Source: Eledone cirrhosa
Taxonomy: Eukaryota
Direction: 5' to 3'
Assembly: GCA_964016885.1 (NCBI GenBank)
Contig: OZ024742.1
Location: 84,506,001 to 84,570,000, forward strand
Length of the DNA stretch: 64,000 bases
Shown in pieces: positions 49,961-63,529 of this stretch (within the stretch, counting starts at the first letter, position 1; each line of letters starts with the position of its first letter). The notes beneath the pieces were generated by a model. The model was not told the DNA's origin and made no database searches. It was given only the letters and a program-made list of their open reading frames with translations. A program made the position numbers and the translations under genes.

Positions 49961-52900
49961 GATCAGCTAAGTATGCTCTCAAACTCGAAAGGATGCACAT
50001 CTCTGAAGAGACGAGAACCTCAGACTCGTTCCTGATAGATATAACGTTGTCTAACGTCCTATTTGCATTTGTATACTGGTATTACTTATGTTGTGTGTTT
50101 AGAAGGTATAAAGCATTTTGTATTAGAAGCATTTGCCCAGCTGATCTGAAAGGAAGGATTCCAGAATATTTTAATATATTTGTGTTGCGAAAATGCTAAT
50201 TTAAAAGAGCAAGGCATTTTTCATATATGTTTGTCTTAATGATTAATGTAACACAAGCGTCAGGAGCAACTAGCCGGAGTTTCTTGGTTAGTTTCTGGAT
50301 ACTTTGCGGAGTACAAAAAGTATGTGGAAAAATTTGTCTTTGAAGATTTTATCTTGTAAGAACTTATGAAAGAAATCCCCTTATCGAATGTGGGCCGTGT
50401 GTGGCTTTGGATTCATTCACCCCATTTTATTTAAGTTACTGTAACTTGTGTTATTTCTTGTAAATTATAGATTGTTGTAAGTCCTAGATTTTTGAGTATG
50501 TATTTATCTGCAATGTTTTCTATTATTTCCAAGTCACGTATTATCATAGTAATTATATATTTCAATCTTTAAATTCGGGTAGTCTCTACTTCTAGATATT
50601 TATTTCAAGATGATTGCTAAAATTTCATCTGTTGGTAATGCTATTAAAATCCTAAGATAATATCATGTATCTCTATGTATCCGTATATTGGCGTGTCATA
50701 AAATTGGATCATTTTGACATGCTTAGAGCTATTTACTGATATACGCCTGCGCAATCTCTTTCCAGTTATCGTTTTAACATTCTGACATAACCTTTTGTAT
50801 TTGCAAGTCCGATCTGTCTCAAGCCATTTCATGCGTTAATTCTCAACCAGTATGCAATGGAATTGTAATTACTCGGAAGTGGAAAGTGGATGCCAAGTGC
50901 AAGAAAAATATCTGAAACAAAGAGTTCACCTCACCAAAATCTAACAAAATGAATGTGAAGGTCTTTCCGACATATGAGATTATATCCATTCCCCGATAAG
51001 AAAGTGGTTCATGAAATTGATTCGTCAAGCAACTCACAAAACACCTAAACACCTAAAGTGCTGATCGAGAAGGAAAAATGATCAGCCTTTTGAGTACATG
51101 GAGTAGATAGGTAATTAGTAACTAGTTCCTGAAACGTCTTGAAGGAATCGAAGTACACTATCGCTAACCTCCCACTCTAACCACCAAAAATTCATCTCGC
51201 ACGGTTCTGAAATAACGAAGAGTGATACGTTTTGTAAGAAATACGGAGATATATGTGTTTGATGTATTTTATGTCGTTATGTGACTTGATCATTCAGGTA
51301 GCTTTCCTTCTTCTGCATTGTTATCATAAACTTCGAATTTATATCCTTCATATAATTTAGTCCTCCGAATGACCACTACCGTCGTCGTTGTTTCATCATT
51401 GTTGCAATATAAAAAAGACGTTTTCACTGCATAGCAGATTAACCAATGTACATGTATGTACATGTAACCAATGTAGTATTCATACTACTCGGAATATATG
51501 GAATGAAATTTTGCAAGTTGTGTATATAAATAAATCCTGTCATCTCTTACTTTAGACTTTTACATAATTCTTAGCTATTCTATTGCTATGCCGCTTCATA
51601 ATTTGGAGATTGTAAATTTAGCTGAGACAAGCAGAAATGTGCTGAGATATTTCTGGCAGCAAAATGTTTTCTTTCATATTATCAGCATGATTTACCTGTT
51701 TTAAACATTTTTGTGATTCTAGAGTAGATCCCATATAATACTTTTATAATTTCAGAATAATTCTACTTTCCAGTTTTCTGAGGAAATATATGTACAAGTT
51801 TGCTGTTCATTCCGAATAGAATAAGATAGTTTTCTTTTCTATTTGTTAGTAATAATTCATCTTACTTTCAATTGAATATCTTACAATGCCATACTATTAT
51901 ACAAGTAATGTATTATGGTAAATATCCTAATATTAGCACTTAGTTCGTTTCCGAATAATATCTCGAGGTTTTTTATAAGATACTTTTACAATGATCAACT
52001 ACATTATGATCTCGCAATTATAATATAGCTAGTTGAAAAAACAAACTTAAGTCAACTTAGATTATTCTAATAATTAGTAGTCAAAATATTAGAAATCCTC
52101 AGTAAAACTTATTCTATCCAGGTGGAACGAAAAAATGTGATTGATTTGAAAGAATTTAAGATTACATAAAATCAGAAAAGCAACAAACGATCGATATAAC
52201 TCAAGTAAAATCAATATTCTAGGGCAAAGTATAAGACATAAATTGAAACTGATCTGGTTTCCAAAGGCAACTGATGAACTGAACGAAGCATATTTTACTC
52301 AGATGGCAGCAACAAGAATGATAAATGTATATATAGATTAAAGTAAACGCAGTCTCATTGATTATTAAAATAAACAAAATGACTAAGAGAAAAAACCCCG
52401 CACAATGAATAGATATAGAGTAAAGTCTCTATCAGTTTTCCTTTCAGTTTTGATATTCTAAACATCCATCGGGTATAATTTTATCAACCAATTGTTTTGA
52501 TAATCTCAGTTGATCAACGTTTTTCAACTCACTACACTATATGTTTAAGTCCATAGAACGTTTGTTCTATGGACTTGTCAATTATATATTAATAACCAGT
52601 GTCGAAACAATTTCCTCTATTTCGATATTTATTGATTCCTCTTATTTCAACAAGTGACCATTTCCTTCTTCATTTGGCTTTAGCAATCAGATCCACTTCG
52701 ATCTCCATCGTCTATATTACTCACAAAATGACACACAACTGATCTTATTGGATGTATTGAAGTATCTCCCTTGTATGGACTATTAAAATCAAGAGATTAT
52801 TTTTGTCATAGCTACTCGGATCATTTTCAGTTGAACAAAGTTTCTCAACACACGGCACACGACATAGCATATGTCATACCATACTTATAGTAAGTATGCA

Positions 52901-53984
52901 GAATGAAGCCCAATCCGAGGTAATTTCATTCAACCAATTTGTTAAAGTATATATAATTATGTGTTTTTAAATTAATTGTGACTTAATCCTCAAAATAATT
53001 TATTACTCTTTTTTTCAACTTCAAATTAACTATGGCGTAATCATTTTTCTTCTCAAATTTTCTTCCCTCTAGATGTTAAATAATTTCTTAGTCTAGTCTT
53101 CTTCAGTACTTTGATTATAGATCTTAATGTAAGAGAAAATAGTTTAAAAAACTTTTACTGTAAAGGATTGATTTAGAATATATTGAATTAATTATTGAAT
53201 TATTGTTGCCTTCCATGAAACTGGGCAGTACTTTGACCCCCCAAACTTAATATAGAATGTGTTAATAACCCATGTGTAGTGAACACAGCCAATTTATATC
53301 TGTTATGGAATCCAAGATATACATAGATTTTAATTTTTTAAAGTTTTATATTTGTTGATTTGTAATACGTCTTTGCAATCATAAGTATAATTTTCACTTG
53401 CGTTTCGTTTATAACAATATGCTGTTTCTATCAATGATTGCTTTTACCATACGTGCAATGATTTTTATAGATCTATATAGATTGCAATCAAATATGTTAA
53501 AGTATATGTCACAGAGATGTTTATTTTTCTTCATGATTTGAGAAGGAATATAATTTCTCATGTATATCATTGTTCTGATTACGATATCGTTATCTAGGAT
53601 TACATATTTGTCATGGTGGTATATACCTAGGCACAAGTAGATACAGGCACATATAGTTGCAGTACAACGATAGGCCTTTAGAGATTTTATTTCTTATTCC
53701 CATTTAAATGTTTATTTAAAACACTAGATTATTTATAAAAATGGTATTTAATTGGCATCTTTTGCAAAACATATCTATGCATCAGCTAGCAGGTGTTTTC
53801 ACGGACTATGCGTTCGATCTTGTAATTCATATTTAATATAGCTAATTAGTCAGTCTTTCAAATATCGATGAATGAGAGATAACCGAACGCACTTTAGCAG
53901 AGTCTATGCCATTCATAGACTGTCTTTTAAACATTGTAGTATTAGTTATGACCATATTTATCTATATGGTAGCGAATTGATTTT

Positions 53985-54085
53985 GTCGTTACAATATCAA
54001 TTATTTAGCTCTATGCTCTCTGCTCACTGTTGTCTGAGTTCAAATATAGCCGAGTGCACCTTTCGTTGTCGTACCATTCAGGTAC
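53985..54085 (+). mobile_element. Degenerate SINE fragment
   Basis: ctgagttcaaatatagccgag B box followed by a cctttc core. Confidence 0.5.
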
Positions 54086-56387
54086 TACGTATAATTCATT
54101 TCACATATAATTCATTTCACCATGTGAACGATCGTGGAATAAATGAAGAAGGTTTCTTGAGGAGTTGGGAGCTAACTATCACAGTAAAACCAATATCTTA
54201 TAAGATTCATACAAGATGAAGTACAGCACGAAAAATAAAAAAAGAAGTATTATTAATAGTATAGCTTTAAAGCCATAACTACTACTTTGGTATTCTTATT
54301 GCCTGGTGAGATGTTACTTTGTATTTCAGCAACTTATGTAGCCGTTATGGGAATGTTGATATGATTAGGTAATCAATTTGTTATTATGATGGTTTCTTGT
54401 TTTCTCAAATATACTTGTTCTAATTGAGAGAGTGTATCAGGTTATGGTGCGATTGAATCAGACGTGCGAAAATATATTAATACGAACAATGTATTTTGGT
54501 AGTTGGCTGAGATAATTAAGTAAGTTCTCGTGTTATAACATATTATCGTATTTTATTCTTCAATATTCCACTGTTCATTTCCTATTGTTCTATCCACGGA
54601 TATATTCCTTTACGTTAGCACATTAGCCCTTATTTTAAAATTAGTCTGTTTGTTATGTGGGTTTCATGTGATTCATGGTATACTGACTTTTCATTGTAGA
54701 ATTCGAGGTTGATTGAAAGTCGTTAGATAGTCGGGAAAATGCTTGCCAGGATATGTTCTTGTCTTTTCCCCTACGCTCCCATTTCAAATACAATAACAAT
54801 TATGTCTTACATCATTCCCATGTCGATAAAATAAAGTACCACTGAAATACTGGGGTCTTACTATTTTCCCCATATTGCTAAACTTATGCTCAATTTAGTA
54901 ATCATTGTACGAGTAGCATTGTTGGCATTTTTTGAAATATATACTTCGACTGTTTTTATTTCATCTACAAGGCTATCTGTTAACTTCAGAAATTAAGTAC
55001 AGATTAGTCTCTCATTGTATGAACATACATTTAAAATGTCTATTTGTATGCAGATATTGTATTAGCTTTCCTGATATAGCGTCCAGTAATCTGTAATTTA
55101 TATACAATAATTGAAACTTGTTTTTGTATATTTCTATTACGGTTCTGTCGTGATATTTATGAGTTAGTACTGTATATTGTAACCCTGTACGACGTATAAA
55201 GAGAAGGTCTGTTGCTGTTTGGTTTATACTTGAATTTTGCCGTCCGAGATGAAATTTCGTTCCTGAAAATGTCTAGTAATCATGGACTACCAGTTTTAAA
55301 TAGCAGAAATTCCCCTCACATACACACACAAACTTACACTCACACACACACACACACTAACACACACACACGCAGACACGCACGCACGCGCACACGCGCA
55401 CACACGCACACACAAGCACACACACATACACACACATATATATATATATATGATGTTTACATGATTTCATACGAATGAAACAGTTCTAGGCTTGTAGAAT
55501 TCATTTGTATCTTTCTCTCTCATATTAGAAGTAATGGAAATTGTTTCTGGATTACATTTAATATTTAATATATATATATAAATATATATATATCTGCCGC
55601 CCAAAATCATCCCAACTTTAGAATCTTTACCCTCTACAAATTTAAAGATAATGCCACCCACACCCAGCGCATCAACAAGGAATCTCACTTAATGAACAAA
55701 TACGGACCCCCTTCAAAACACTTCTTCCTAAGACGAACCCACAACATACTCACGTTGACATACATACCTACATCAGCATACATCCTACATAAATTTCTAT
55801 CCACATATAAACACAATGACATACGTAAACACACATGTTCTATGGTGCAACACAAATATACACAAATTCGCATACCTTCTGATGTTTATAGATATACACG
55901 TGCCGACACGCACACATACACATACGCACACATGTATTGCACATTGATGGGTGCATACATATTTGTACACGAGTATTCCATACGGCAGGGCCTAATAGAT
56001 TCCCCTTGCAGTAGTACAATCTGGACACTCACACACACCTTGGTGTTATGACAATACCATACAAAATTTCACCATTTATTATTGATGTTATTGATGTTCT
56101 TTTGAGAGAATCGTTTTTGCAAATGACTGAAAATATCGAATAATGTACGCCATTTTTACCAGTAGCACAAAAATACTGGTCCAATCACATACACACACAC
56201 GCGCGTGCATGCACACACGAACACTAACATATGGACAGACATACGCACACACACACACTTCTCCGTATAAGACAAACAAGAGCTGAAAAATATGTTTCAA
56301 CATGTTAAAATACCCCCCACACACACGTACACACACATTGCTACTGACCGATTCATTTCCATTATCACAACAATTACCCACTTTGAT

Positions 56388-56453
<66 letters not shown>

Positions 56454-57063
56454 TTGTCTTAATAGACACCTGAACTGTTGACCTCTCAACATGACTGCAA
56501 CTTCAAGCAGAAACCGGTTCGCGCTAAAATCAATTTAAACATTCACGTGACTTCTACCGACCAATCAAAATTGTTTTGACTACAAGAATTTGTGCAACAC
56601 GAGTTGGCACGAAATTTATAGTGCTTATTCATGTGACATTCAACCAAATCTTAATAACTCCCAAGCCACTTTTTTCACATAAAATAGGAAGAATTTCCAA
56701 AACTGATCAGATTAGAGCAAAAACACAAGCACCCTAACTCAACATTATTTTTGAAAAGCATAAGAAATGCGCAACCGGTAAACATTTAAAACTAAAACTG
56801 AATACTAACTAATACTTATTACTAATTTATACTTATTCCAAATTGAACTATTTTTCACTGGGAAACATTTGTCACCATTTTCTTTTCCTTTTTACTAATA
56901 TATATATATATATATATTAATTTATCATTCTAACTTCTGATGAAATACTAGCGCCCGAAACGTGAATTCCTTTTCCTACTGTATAAAACGTAAAAATAAT
57001 AATATATTTCTTCATTGTATTGTGTCGTTTCCTTTGTTATTTACGTGTGTCTTTTGCATATAT

Positions 57064-57114
<51 letters not shown>

Positions 57115-57276
57115 TAATACAATAACAGAGAAAGCTTTACGCTAAACTCCGACTGGTAACCATCTCACTCAACACACATTAGGTTATACGTTAGTATAAA
57201 CCCAATTTAGTGTCTGGGGTGCCAACTATATGTATTTTGTGGAAAGCCAGTGGTATTATTTTATATGAGATATAAT

Positions 57277-58030
57277 TTTATTAAAATAACAGATTAAAGT
57301 TTAAGCAAAGAATCGCTGCTATCACCCTTAACGGGATCTTCTGAAACTAACAAATTAAATCTGTGAACACAGAAATGAATCTTTCAAAAAACGTTGCAAC
57401 CGGAGGAAGACAGGAAGACGATACTTTGGTTCGTAGACACGTTCCCTGGCAAAGAACAGGAAAAAACGAATATAATACGTCATTATTTGGAGCGGTGAAA
57501 AACAAACACGCAATGACAAAACCATGTTTATGGTATAAAAGAAGTCGTAGACTAATATGGTTTTATCTTTGCGTGCAATTGTTCTCCACGCCCCACATAT
57601 GACGTATTATCTTCGTTTTTTCCGTTCATTGCCAGAGAACGTCTCTATGAGCCACCTAAGAGAATATTACACTACGACTTCTTTTATACCATAAACGTGG
57701 TTTTGTCATTGCGTGTAAATGTTTTTCACCGCTCCAAATAATGACGTATTATATTCGTTTTTTCCCGTTCTTTGCCAGGGAACGTTTCCACGAACTTAAG
57801 TATCGTCTTCCTGTCTTCCTCAGGTTGCAACGTTTTTTTTGAAATATTCACTTCTGCGTTCACAGATTGACTTTGTTAGTTTCAAAAGATCCCGTTAAGG
57901 GTGAAAGCAGCGTTTCTTTGCTTAAACTTTAATCTGTTATTTTAATACATATTTGCTCTACGGTTCTTATATATTTGATATATATTTAACCTCATCCCTC
58001 TTTGGATTTTAGTCTTCAAATTTATTAATA
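57277..58030. mobile_element. Large inverted-repeat (fold-back) copy of the 33.8-kb element
   Basis: 57279-57555 pairs with ~57665-57946, and 57558-58030 is the reverse complement of 33845-34305. Confidence 0.85.
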
Positions 58031-58040
58031 TTACTATTAT

Positions 58041-58967
58041 TCCTTGAATCTCAGTCATTGATGTTAGTTAACTGCAAAGTCCGTTGGAATGAATATCAAG
58101 CCACTACCTGCAGCCTCAAATATTAAGGACGTATCGGAGGGTTCTTGCTGTTCCCAGCAAGCATGCCTTTTGAAGCGTTCCAAAAAACGTGTAGGGGCCG
58201 ATTTTCTTTAACCATCCCTGGAAACTTTTGGAGATAGTCCCCAGTGCGCCTATGACAATCGGGATAACTTTGACTTCATGGCAGTTCCAAATCCTTTTTA
58301 CCTCCCACTTTAAGTCCTGGTATCGGTTAATTTTCTCCCTCTCCTTCTCTTGCACTCTCGTGTCGAATGGGCAGGCCACATCCACAATCAGGCACGATCT
58401 TTTTTCTTTGTCCACAACCACCAGGTCAGGTCTATTGTGTTCCAGTTTCTTGTCCGTCTGTATCCTAAATCCCACAGCACCTTCACCTGATCGGTCTCCA
58501 TCAGTGCCTCTGGCTTATGCTCATACCATTTCTCAGAATGTGGTAAATTGTTTACTTTGCACAGGTGCCAGTGGATCACCCTGCCCATCACATCATGTCT
58601 CCAGCCCTTATAGTGGGTCTGGGCTAGGTGTTTACACTCAGATACAATGTGAGCCACAGTCTCCTCTCTCTCTCCACAGATCCTGCACAGTGGGCTAGCC
58701 TCCTCCTTGTAAATATGGTGTTTCAACCACCTCGTTTTGAGAGCCTGCTCCTGCGCAGCCATTAACATTCCTTCTGTAGCCTTTTTGCGGTCTCCTCTTC
58801 TCAACCAGTTCCATGTCTGTGGATCTCTAAATTCAGTTTTCTCAAAGAAGGTACTATGAAGGCATTTTCCCTGAAGGCTGCTCTTTCTCCTTGATGTTAT
58901 TTCCTCCTTGGACATCCCCTGGTCTATTGTCCCCTCCTTCAGTACAGTTCTGAGCATTGGCTCCTTA
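58041..58967 (-). mobile_element. 5'-truncated Dong family A copy with one frameshift
   Basis: ORFs 58388-59017 and 58116-58475. Confidence 0.95.
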
Positions 58968-58999
58968 ATTATTATTATTATTATTATTGTTATTGTTAT

Positions 59000-61900
59000 T
59001 CCTTGAATCTCAGTCATTGATGTTGGTTAACTGGAAAGTCCGTTGGATTGAATATCAAGCCACTACCTGCAGCCTCAGATATTCAGGACGTATCGGAGGG
59101 TTCTTGCCGTTCCAAGCAAGCATGCCTTTTGAAGCGTTCCAAAAAGCGTGAAGGGGCCGATTTTCTTTAACCATCCCTGGAAATCTTTGGAGATAGTCCC
59201 CAGTGCGCCTATGACAATCGGGATCACTTTGACTTCATGGCAGTTCCAAATCCTTTTCACCTCCCACTTTAGGTCCTGGTATCGGTTAATTTTCTCCCTC
59301 TCCTTCTCTTGCACTCTCGTGTCGAACGGGCAGGCCACATCCACAATCAGGCACGATCTTTTTTCTTTGTCCACAACCACCAGGTCAGGTCTATTGTGTT
59401 CCAGTTTTTTGTCCGTCTGTATCCTAAAATCCCACAGCACCTTCACCTGACTGTTCTCCATCACCGCCTCTGGCCTATGCTCATACCATTTCTCAGAATG
59501 TGGTAGATTGTTTACTTTGCACAGGTGCCAGTGGATCACCCTGCCCATCACATCGTGTCTCCAGCCCTTATAGTGGGTCTGGGCTAGGTGTTTACACTCG
59601 GACACAATGTGAGCCACAGTCTCCTCTCTCTCTCCACAGATCCTGCACAGTGGGCTAGCCTCCTCCTTGTAGATATGGTGCTTCAACCACTTCGTTTTGA
59701 GGGCCTGCTCCTGCGCAGCCATTAGCATTCCTTCTGTAGCCTTTTTGAGGTCTCCTCTTCTCAACCAGTTCCATGTCTGTGGATCTCTAAATTCAGTTTT
59801 CTCAAAGAAGGTACTATGAAGGGATTTTCCCTTAAGGCTGCTCTTCCTCCTTGATGTTATTTCCTCCTTGGATATCCCCTGGCCTACTGTCCCCTCCTTC
59901 AGTACAGCTCTGAGCATTGGCTCCTTACTATAGGTCACGTATTTGTATAGGTTGTTTTTCTCCATCTGAACACAGTCCTCTATGCTGATAAGACCTCTTC
60001 CACCCTCAGATCTCTTTAGGTAGAATCTATCGACATCATTCCTCTTGTGGAACATGTTGTAGATAGTCAATAGCTTCCTAGTCTTCCTATCCATTTCTTT
60101 TTGTTCAGCAACATTCCATCTCAGAATTCCCGCACTGTACCTAATAATAGACACAGCTCGGGAATTTACTGCGCTTATGGCATTTCTGCTGTTCAGATGT
60201 GACTTCAATACGCTCCTTACTCTCCGAATGTATTCAGTTCTTAACAATTCCTTCATTTTTTTGTTCTTTATGCCGTCAGCCTCCAGAACGCCCAAATACT
60301 TGTATCCTTCCTCAGAGTCAATTTCCTTTATCATCTCACCTGTTGGTATCTGGATCCCGTTACTTCTGCTCAACCTACCCCTCCTCATCACAATGACTCC
60401 ACATTTACCAATACCAAACTGCATACATATATCATTGCTGAAAATACGGACAGTGTCAACAAGCACATCCAACTCCTTCTCACTTTTCCCGAAGAGCTTA
60501 AGATCGTCCATGAAGAGGAGGTGATTGATGGTAAGCTCTCCCCTTCCCAACTTGTATCCTGCTCTCACTTTTCGCAGCATAATGGTCAAGGGCATCAGGG
60601 CAAGGACAAACAACAGAGGGGACAGGCTATCTCCCTGGAAGATACCTCTCTTGATCTTCACGCTTCCCAAGGATACTCCAGTTGATGTCAACTCTGTCTC
60701 CCAGGACCCCATACTCCTGCCCAGCAACTGTCTGATGTTATCTGCCACCCTGAAGATCTCCAGGCTTTTGGTGATCCAGGAATGAGGCACCATGTCAAAT
60801 GCCTTTCTGTAGTCTATCCATCCCATGGCAAGATCAGTGTGTCTCCTCCTGCAATTCCCCATTACCATCTTATCAATAAGCAACTGGTCCTTTGTACCAC
60901 GTGACTTCTTTCGGCATCCTTTCTGTTCGTCCGGCAACAAGTTGTTTGTGTGGAGGTGATGGTAGATTTCCTCAGACACAATGCTCGTCAACAGTTTCCA
61001 CATTACGGGCAGACATGTGATAGGTCTATAGTTGGTAACATCATTACCCTTGATTCGGTCTTTCATTATCAGAACTGTGGTACCTTTTGTCAACCACTCT
61101 GGCACCTCACCCGACACCAAGCAGTCATTGAACATGGCCGTCAGCTTCGGGTGGAGGGATGTTAAATGTTTAATCCAATACCCCTGCACACCATCTGGGC
61201 CTGGTGATTTCCAGTTGGTTAGTTTTTTGGCTTGCCCCTTAAGAGTTTCAACTGTGATACTCAAATCAGTCTGTTGCTGTGCCTGCTCACCGATCTCCCT
61301 CTGTACTGTCTCAATCCACCCTGCCTGGGCATTGTGTCTAACATCCTGCTCCCATATTCCTCTCCAGAATGTTTTAGCTTGTTCCGCCCCAGGGATCAAG
61401 TCGTTGCCTCTTTCTTTCCCCTCAAGCTGTCCAAACAGCATCTTCTGGTTGTTGTCGAACATGCGGTTCTGTTTATACTGACTGACTCTGTTCTCGTATC
61501 GCCTGATTTTGGCACTCTTTGCTACAATGCGTTGCTTCAATTCCTCTATGATAATATTTAGCTTTTTACTCCTAGTTTTGTATTTTATTTCCAGTCTATT
61601 TTTAGTGCCTATGTTTTTTAGTGTCCCATTCAGTAGTGACTCAAGCTTTCCTATGTGATTTCTCATTTCCTCGATTTGCCCACTCAGTCGCTTCTTCCAC
61701 CACGGCTCTGCTCTTTCTTGTCTGTTGTTTCCTCTCGCTTTTATACCAAGTAGTTTCCTCACCGTATTTGCTCTTGCTTTGAGGATATTGTTGCACTGGT
61801 GAAGACTCCTCGCCTCAAGGTATGGGATGACTTTGTTTACCTTAGCTGTTGTTTCTTTTAACTTTTTCCTGTCTACAAATCTTAGGTTCATAGGTCTCCC

Positions 61901-62687
61901 ACTATCATTGTTCAACTCATCTACCACTAAATTTAGGATGTCAACCGAATCTTGTCCTAGCCCGTCAGCATTCATCTCCTCAGTGGCCGTATCTCTGTTC
62001 CAGGTATTATTTATCTCAGTATTCAGATCATTGTCTGCTTCGGGTGGTTCCTCCGTTCTCAGGACCTCCTCACCTTCATTTCCCGCCGGCTCGCTTGTCT
62101 GGCATACTACACCCGCCATCTCCAAGCCATTCTCTCTGCTCAGTTCCTCCAGTTCCAGCTCGCTTATCCACCCATTAGTTCTTATTACCCGAGCCTGCCC
62201 GGCCAATTTTTGTTCATCTAATTTAAATAAACCAATCTCGTTCCAGATGTTATGCATCCGTCTCCTGTAGCCCCTCTCCTTGGGGTTACTTTTCAGGTAG
62301 CATTGCATAACAGTTCTATTCAATTCTTTCGTCCAGTTGGTTCTGGCCCCTTTCCTTCTTCTTCTTCCTCCAACATCAGCAGTATTTGGTTGACAGTCAG
62401 GCTCCTGCTGCTGAGCCAGGGGGCACCTGTTGGGTGAGAGTCTGTCACATGACGTTCTAGTCTCCATTTCACCGTTATTCGAACTGTTTATGTTCGATAT
62501 TTAAACACTCTTATCGAGGATTGGCGAATGTATGTTTACATAGCCATCTGTGGATCCGCCATCCCACTTGGCCCTTGTGTGGCATTATCACCACGCTGTA
62601 TACGGACACACATAAACAAACAAACACACGGGCAGAAAGGGCCCCAAAAATGAATAAGCATAAGTTTCATTGTAATGTAGTATTCGA

Positions 62688-62688
<1 letters not shown>
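59000..62688 (-). mobile_element. Dong family A copy with intact ORF, lacking the distal 5' leader
   Basis: Matches 8275-11963; (TTA)n on both sides. Confidence 0.96.
59075..62467 (-). CDS. R4/Dong-type RT-RLE protein (1130 aa), second intact copy
   Basis: 10 aa differences counted relative to 8350-11742. Confidence 0.97.
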   Translation of the reverse strand: METRTSCDRLSPNRCPLAQQQEPDCQPNTADVGGRRRRKGARTNWTKELNRTVMQCYLKSNPKERGYRRRMHNIWNEIGLFKLDEQKLAGQARVIRTNGWISELELEELSRENGLEMAGVVCQTSEPAGNEGEEVLRTEEPPEADNDLNTEINNTWNRDTATEEMNADGLGQDSVDILNLVVDELNNDSGRPMNLRFVDRKKLKETTAKVNKVIPYLEARSLHQCNNILKARANTVRKLLGIKARGNNRQERAEPWWKKRLSGQIEEMRNHIGKLESLLNGTLKNIGTKNRLEIKYKTRSKKLNIIIEELKQRIVAKSAKIRRYENRVSQYKQNRMFDNNQKMLFGQLEGKERGNDLIPGAEQAKTFWRGIWEQDVRHNAQAGWIETVQREIGEQAQQQTDLSITVETLKGQAKKLTNWKSPGPDGVQGYWIKHLTSLHPKLTAMFNDCLVSGEVPEWLTKGTTVLIMKDRIKGNDVTNYRPITCLPVMWKLLTSIVSEEIYHHLHTNNLLPDEQKGCRKKSRGTKDQLLIDKMVMGNCRRRHTDLAMGWIDYRKAFDMVPHSWITKSLEIFRVADNIRQLLGRSMGSWETELTSTGVSLGSVKIKRGIFQGDSLSPLLFVLALMPLTIMLRKVRAGYKLGRGELTINHLLFMDDLKLFGKSEKELDVLVDTVRIFSNDICMQFGIGKCGVIVMRRGRLSRSNGIQIPTGEMIKEIDSEEGYKYLGVLEADGIKNKKMKELLRTEYIRRVRSVLKSHLNSRNAISAVNSRAVSIIRYSAGILRWNVAEQKEMDRKTRKLLTIYNMFHKRNDVDRFYLKRSEGGRGLISIEDCVQMEKNNLYKYVTYSKEPMLRAVLKEGTVGQGISKEEITSRRKSSLKGKSLHSTFFEKTEFRDPQTWNWLRRGDLKKATEGMLMAAQEQALKTKWLKHHIYKEEASPLCRICGEREETVAHIVSECKHLAQTHYKGWRHDVMGRVIHWHLCKVNNLPHSEKWYEHRPEAVMENSQVKVLWDFRIQTDKKLEHNRPDLVVVDKEKRSCLIVDVACPFDTRVQEKEREKINRYQDLKWEVKRIWNCHEVKVIPIVIGALGTISKDFQGWLKKIGPFTLFGTLQKACLLGTARTLRYVLNI

Positions 62689-62734
<46 letters not shown>

Positions 62735-62809
62735 GTGTGTGTGTGTGTGTGTGTCTGTGCATGGGTGTGCGTAATGGTGTGTGTATGTGTTGTGTGTGTG
62801 CACGTGCGT

Positions 62810-62847
<38 letters not shown>

Positions 62848-62888
62848 TTATAGATAAAGTAATAAGTATTTGAAGATAAACCTAATAT

Positions 62889-62993
<105 letters not shown>

Positions 62994-63529
62994 CTTTTAT
63001 AATACAGAACGAAAAAGAAAGAAATTGTGCCCCCCCCCCACACACACAAAAAAATCAGTTCTTATCTTTATAATTCAGCGATAACTGATAGCATTACTTT
63101 AATACTATATTCCATCTTGCTGATTATACTGAGTAATAGGTAATATATGATCTAGAAAATTTAATATTGTGTTTGTCTACATGTTTCTGTATATTTACTT
63201 TTTAAAATATAGTTGCATTTAAGTAGAAACTTGAAGTTTTCTTTTCTAATGTGTGTATGTATGTTTACATTTGAACTTTTATCTGATAGTCGACCACCAA
63301 TAACTTATGTTTTAGGTCATTTTGCCGGTAAAAGAAAGATACACGTCGAGTTAAAGAACAAATCAGTATGTAAATAATATCACAGATCAAGAGTTAAAAT
63401 TTACGGCAATAATAGGAGATCGTTGGAAAAGATAGGAAGCATGAATGATTGAAAAGCATCTATATTGAAAAGCGTTAAATAAATATATACATATATATCA
63501 GGATCTGAGCATAGTGGAATCAAATTCCC

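Noticed and set aside
50640-52900. Faint RTE-like translations at ~50.7 kb and ~52.7 kb
   Set aside because: Too degraded to set boundaries.
56932-56970. ctgatga..gaaacg hammerhead-like motif between (TA)n tracts
   Set aside because: Stem II does not pair and the cleavage triplet would be GUG; at best a decayed relic.
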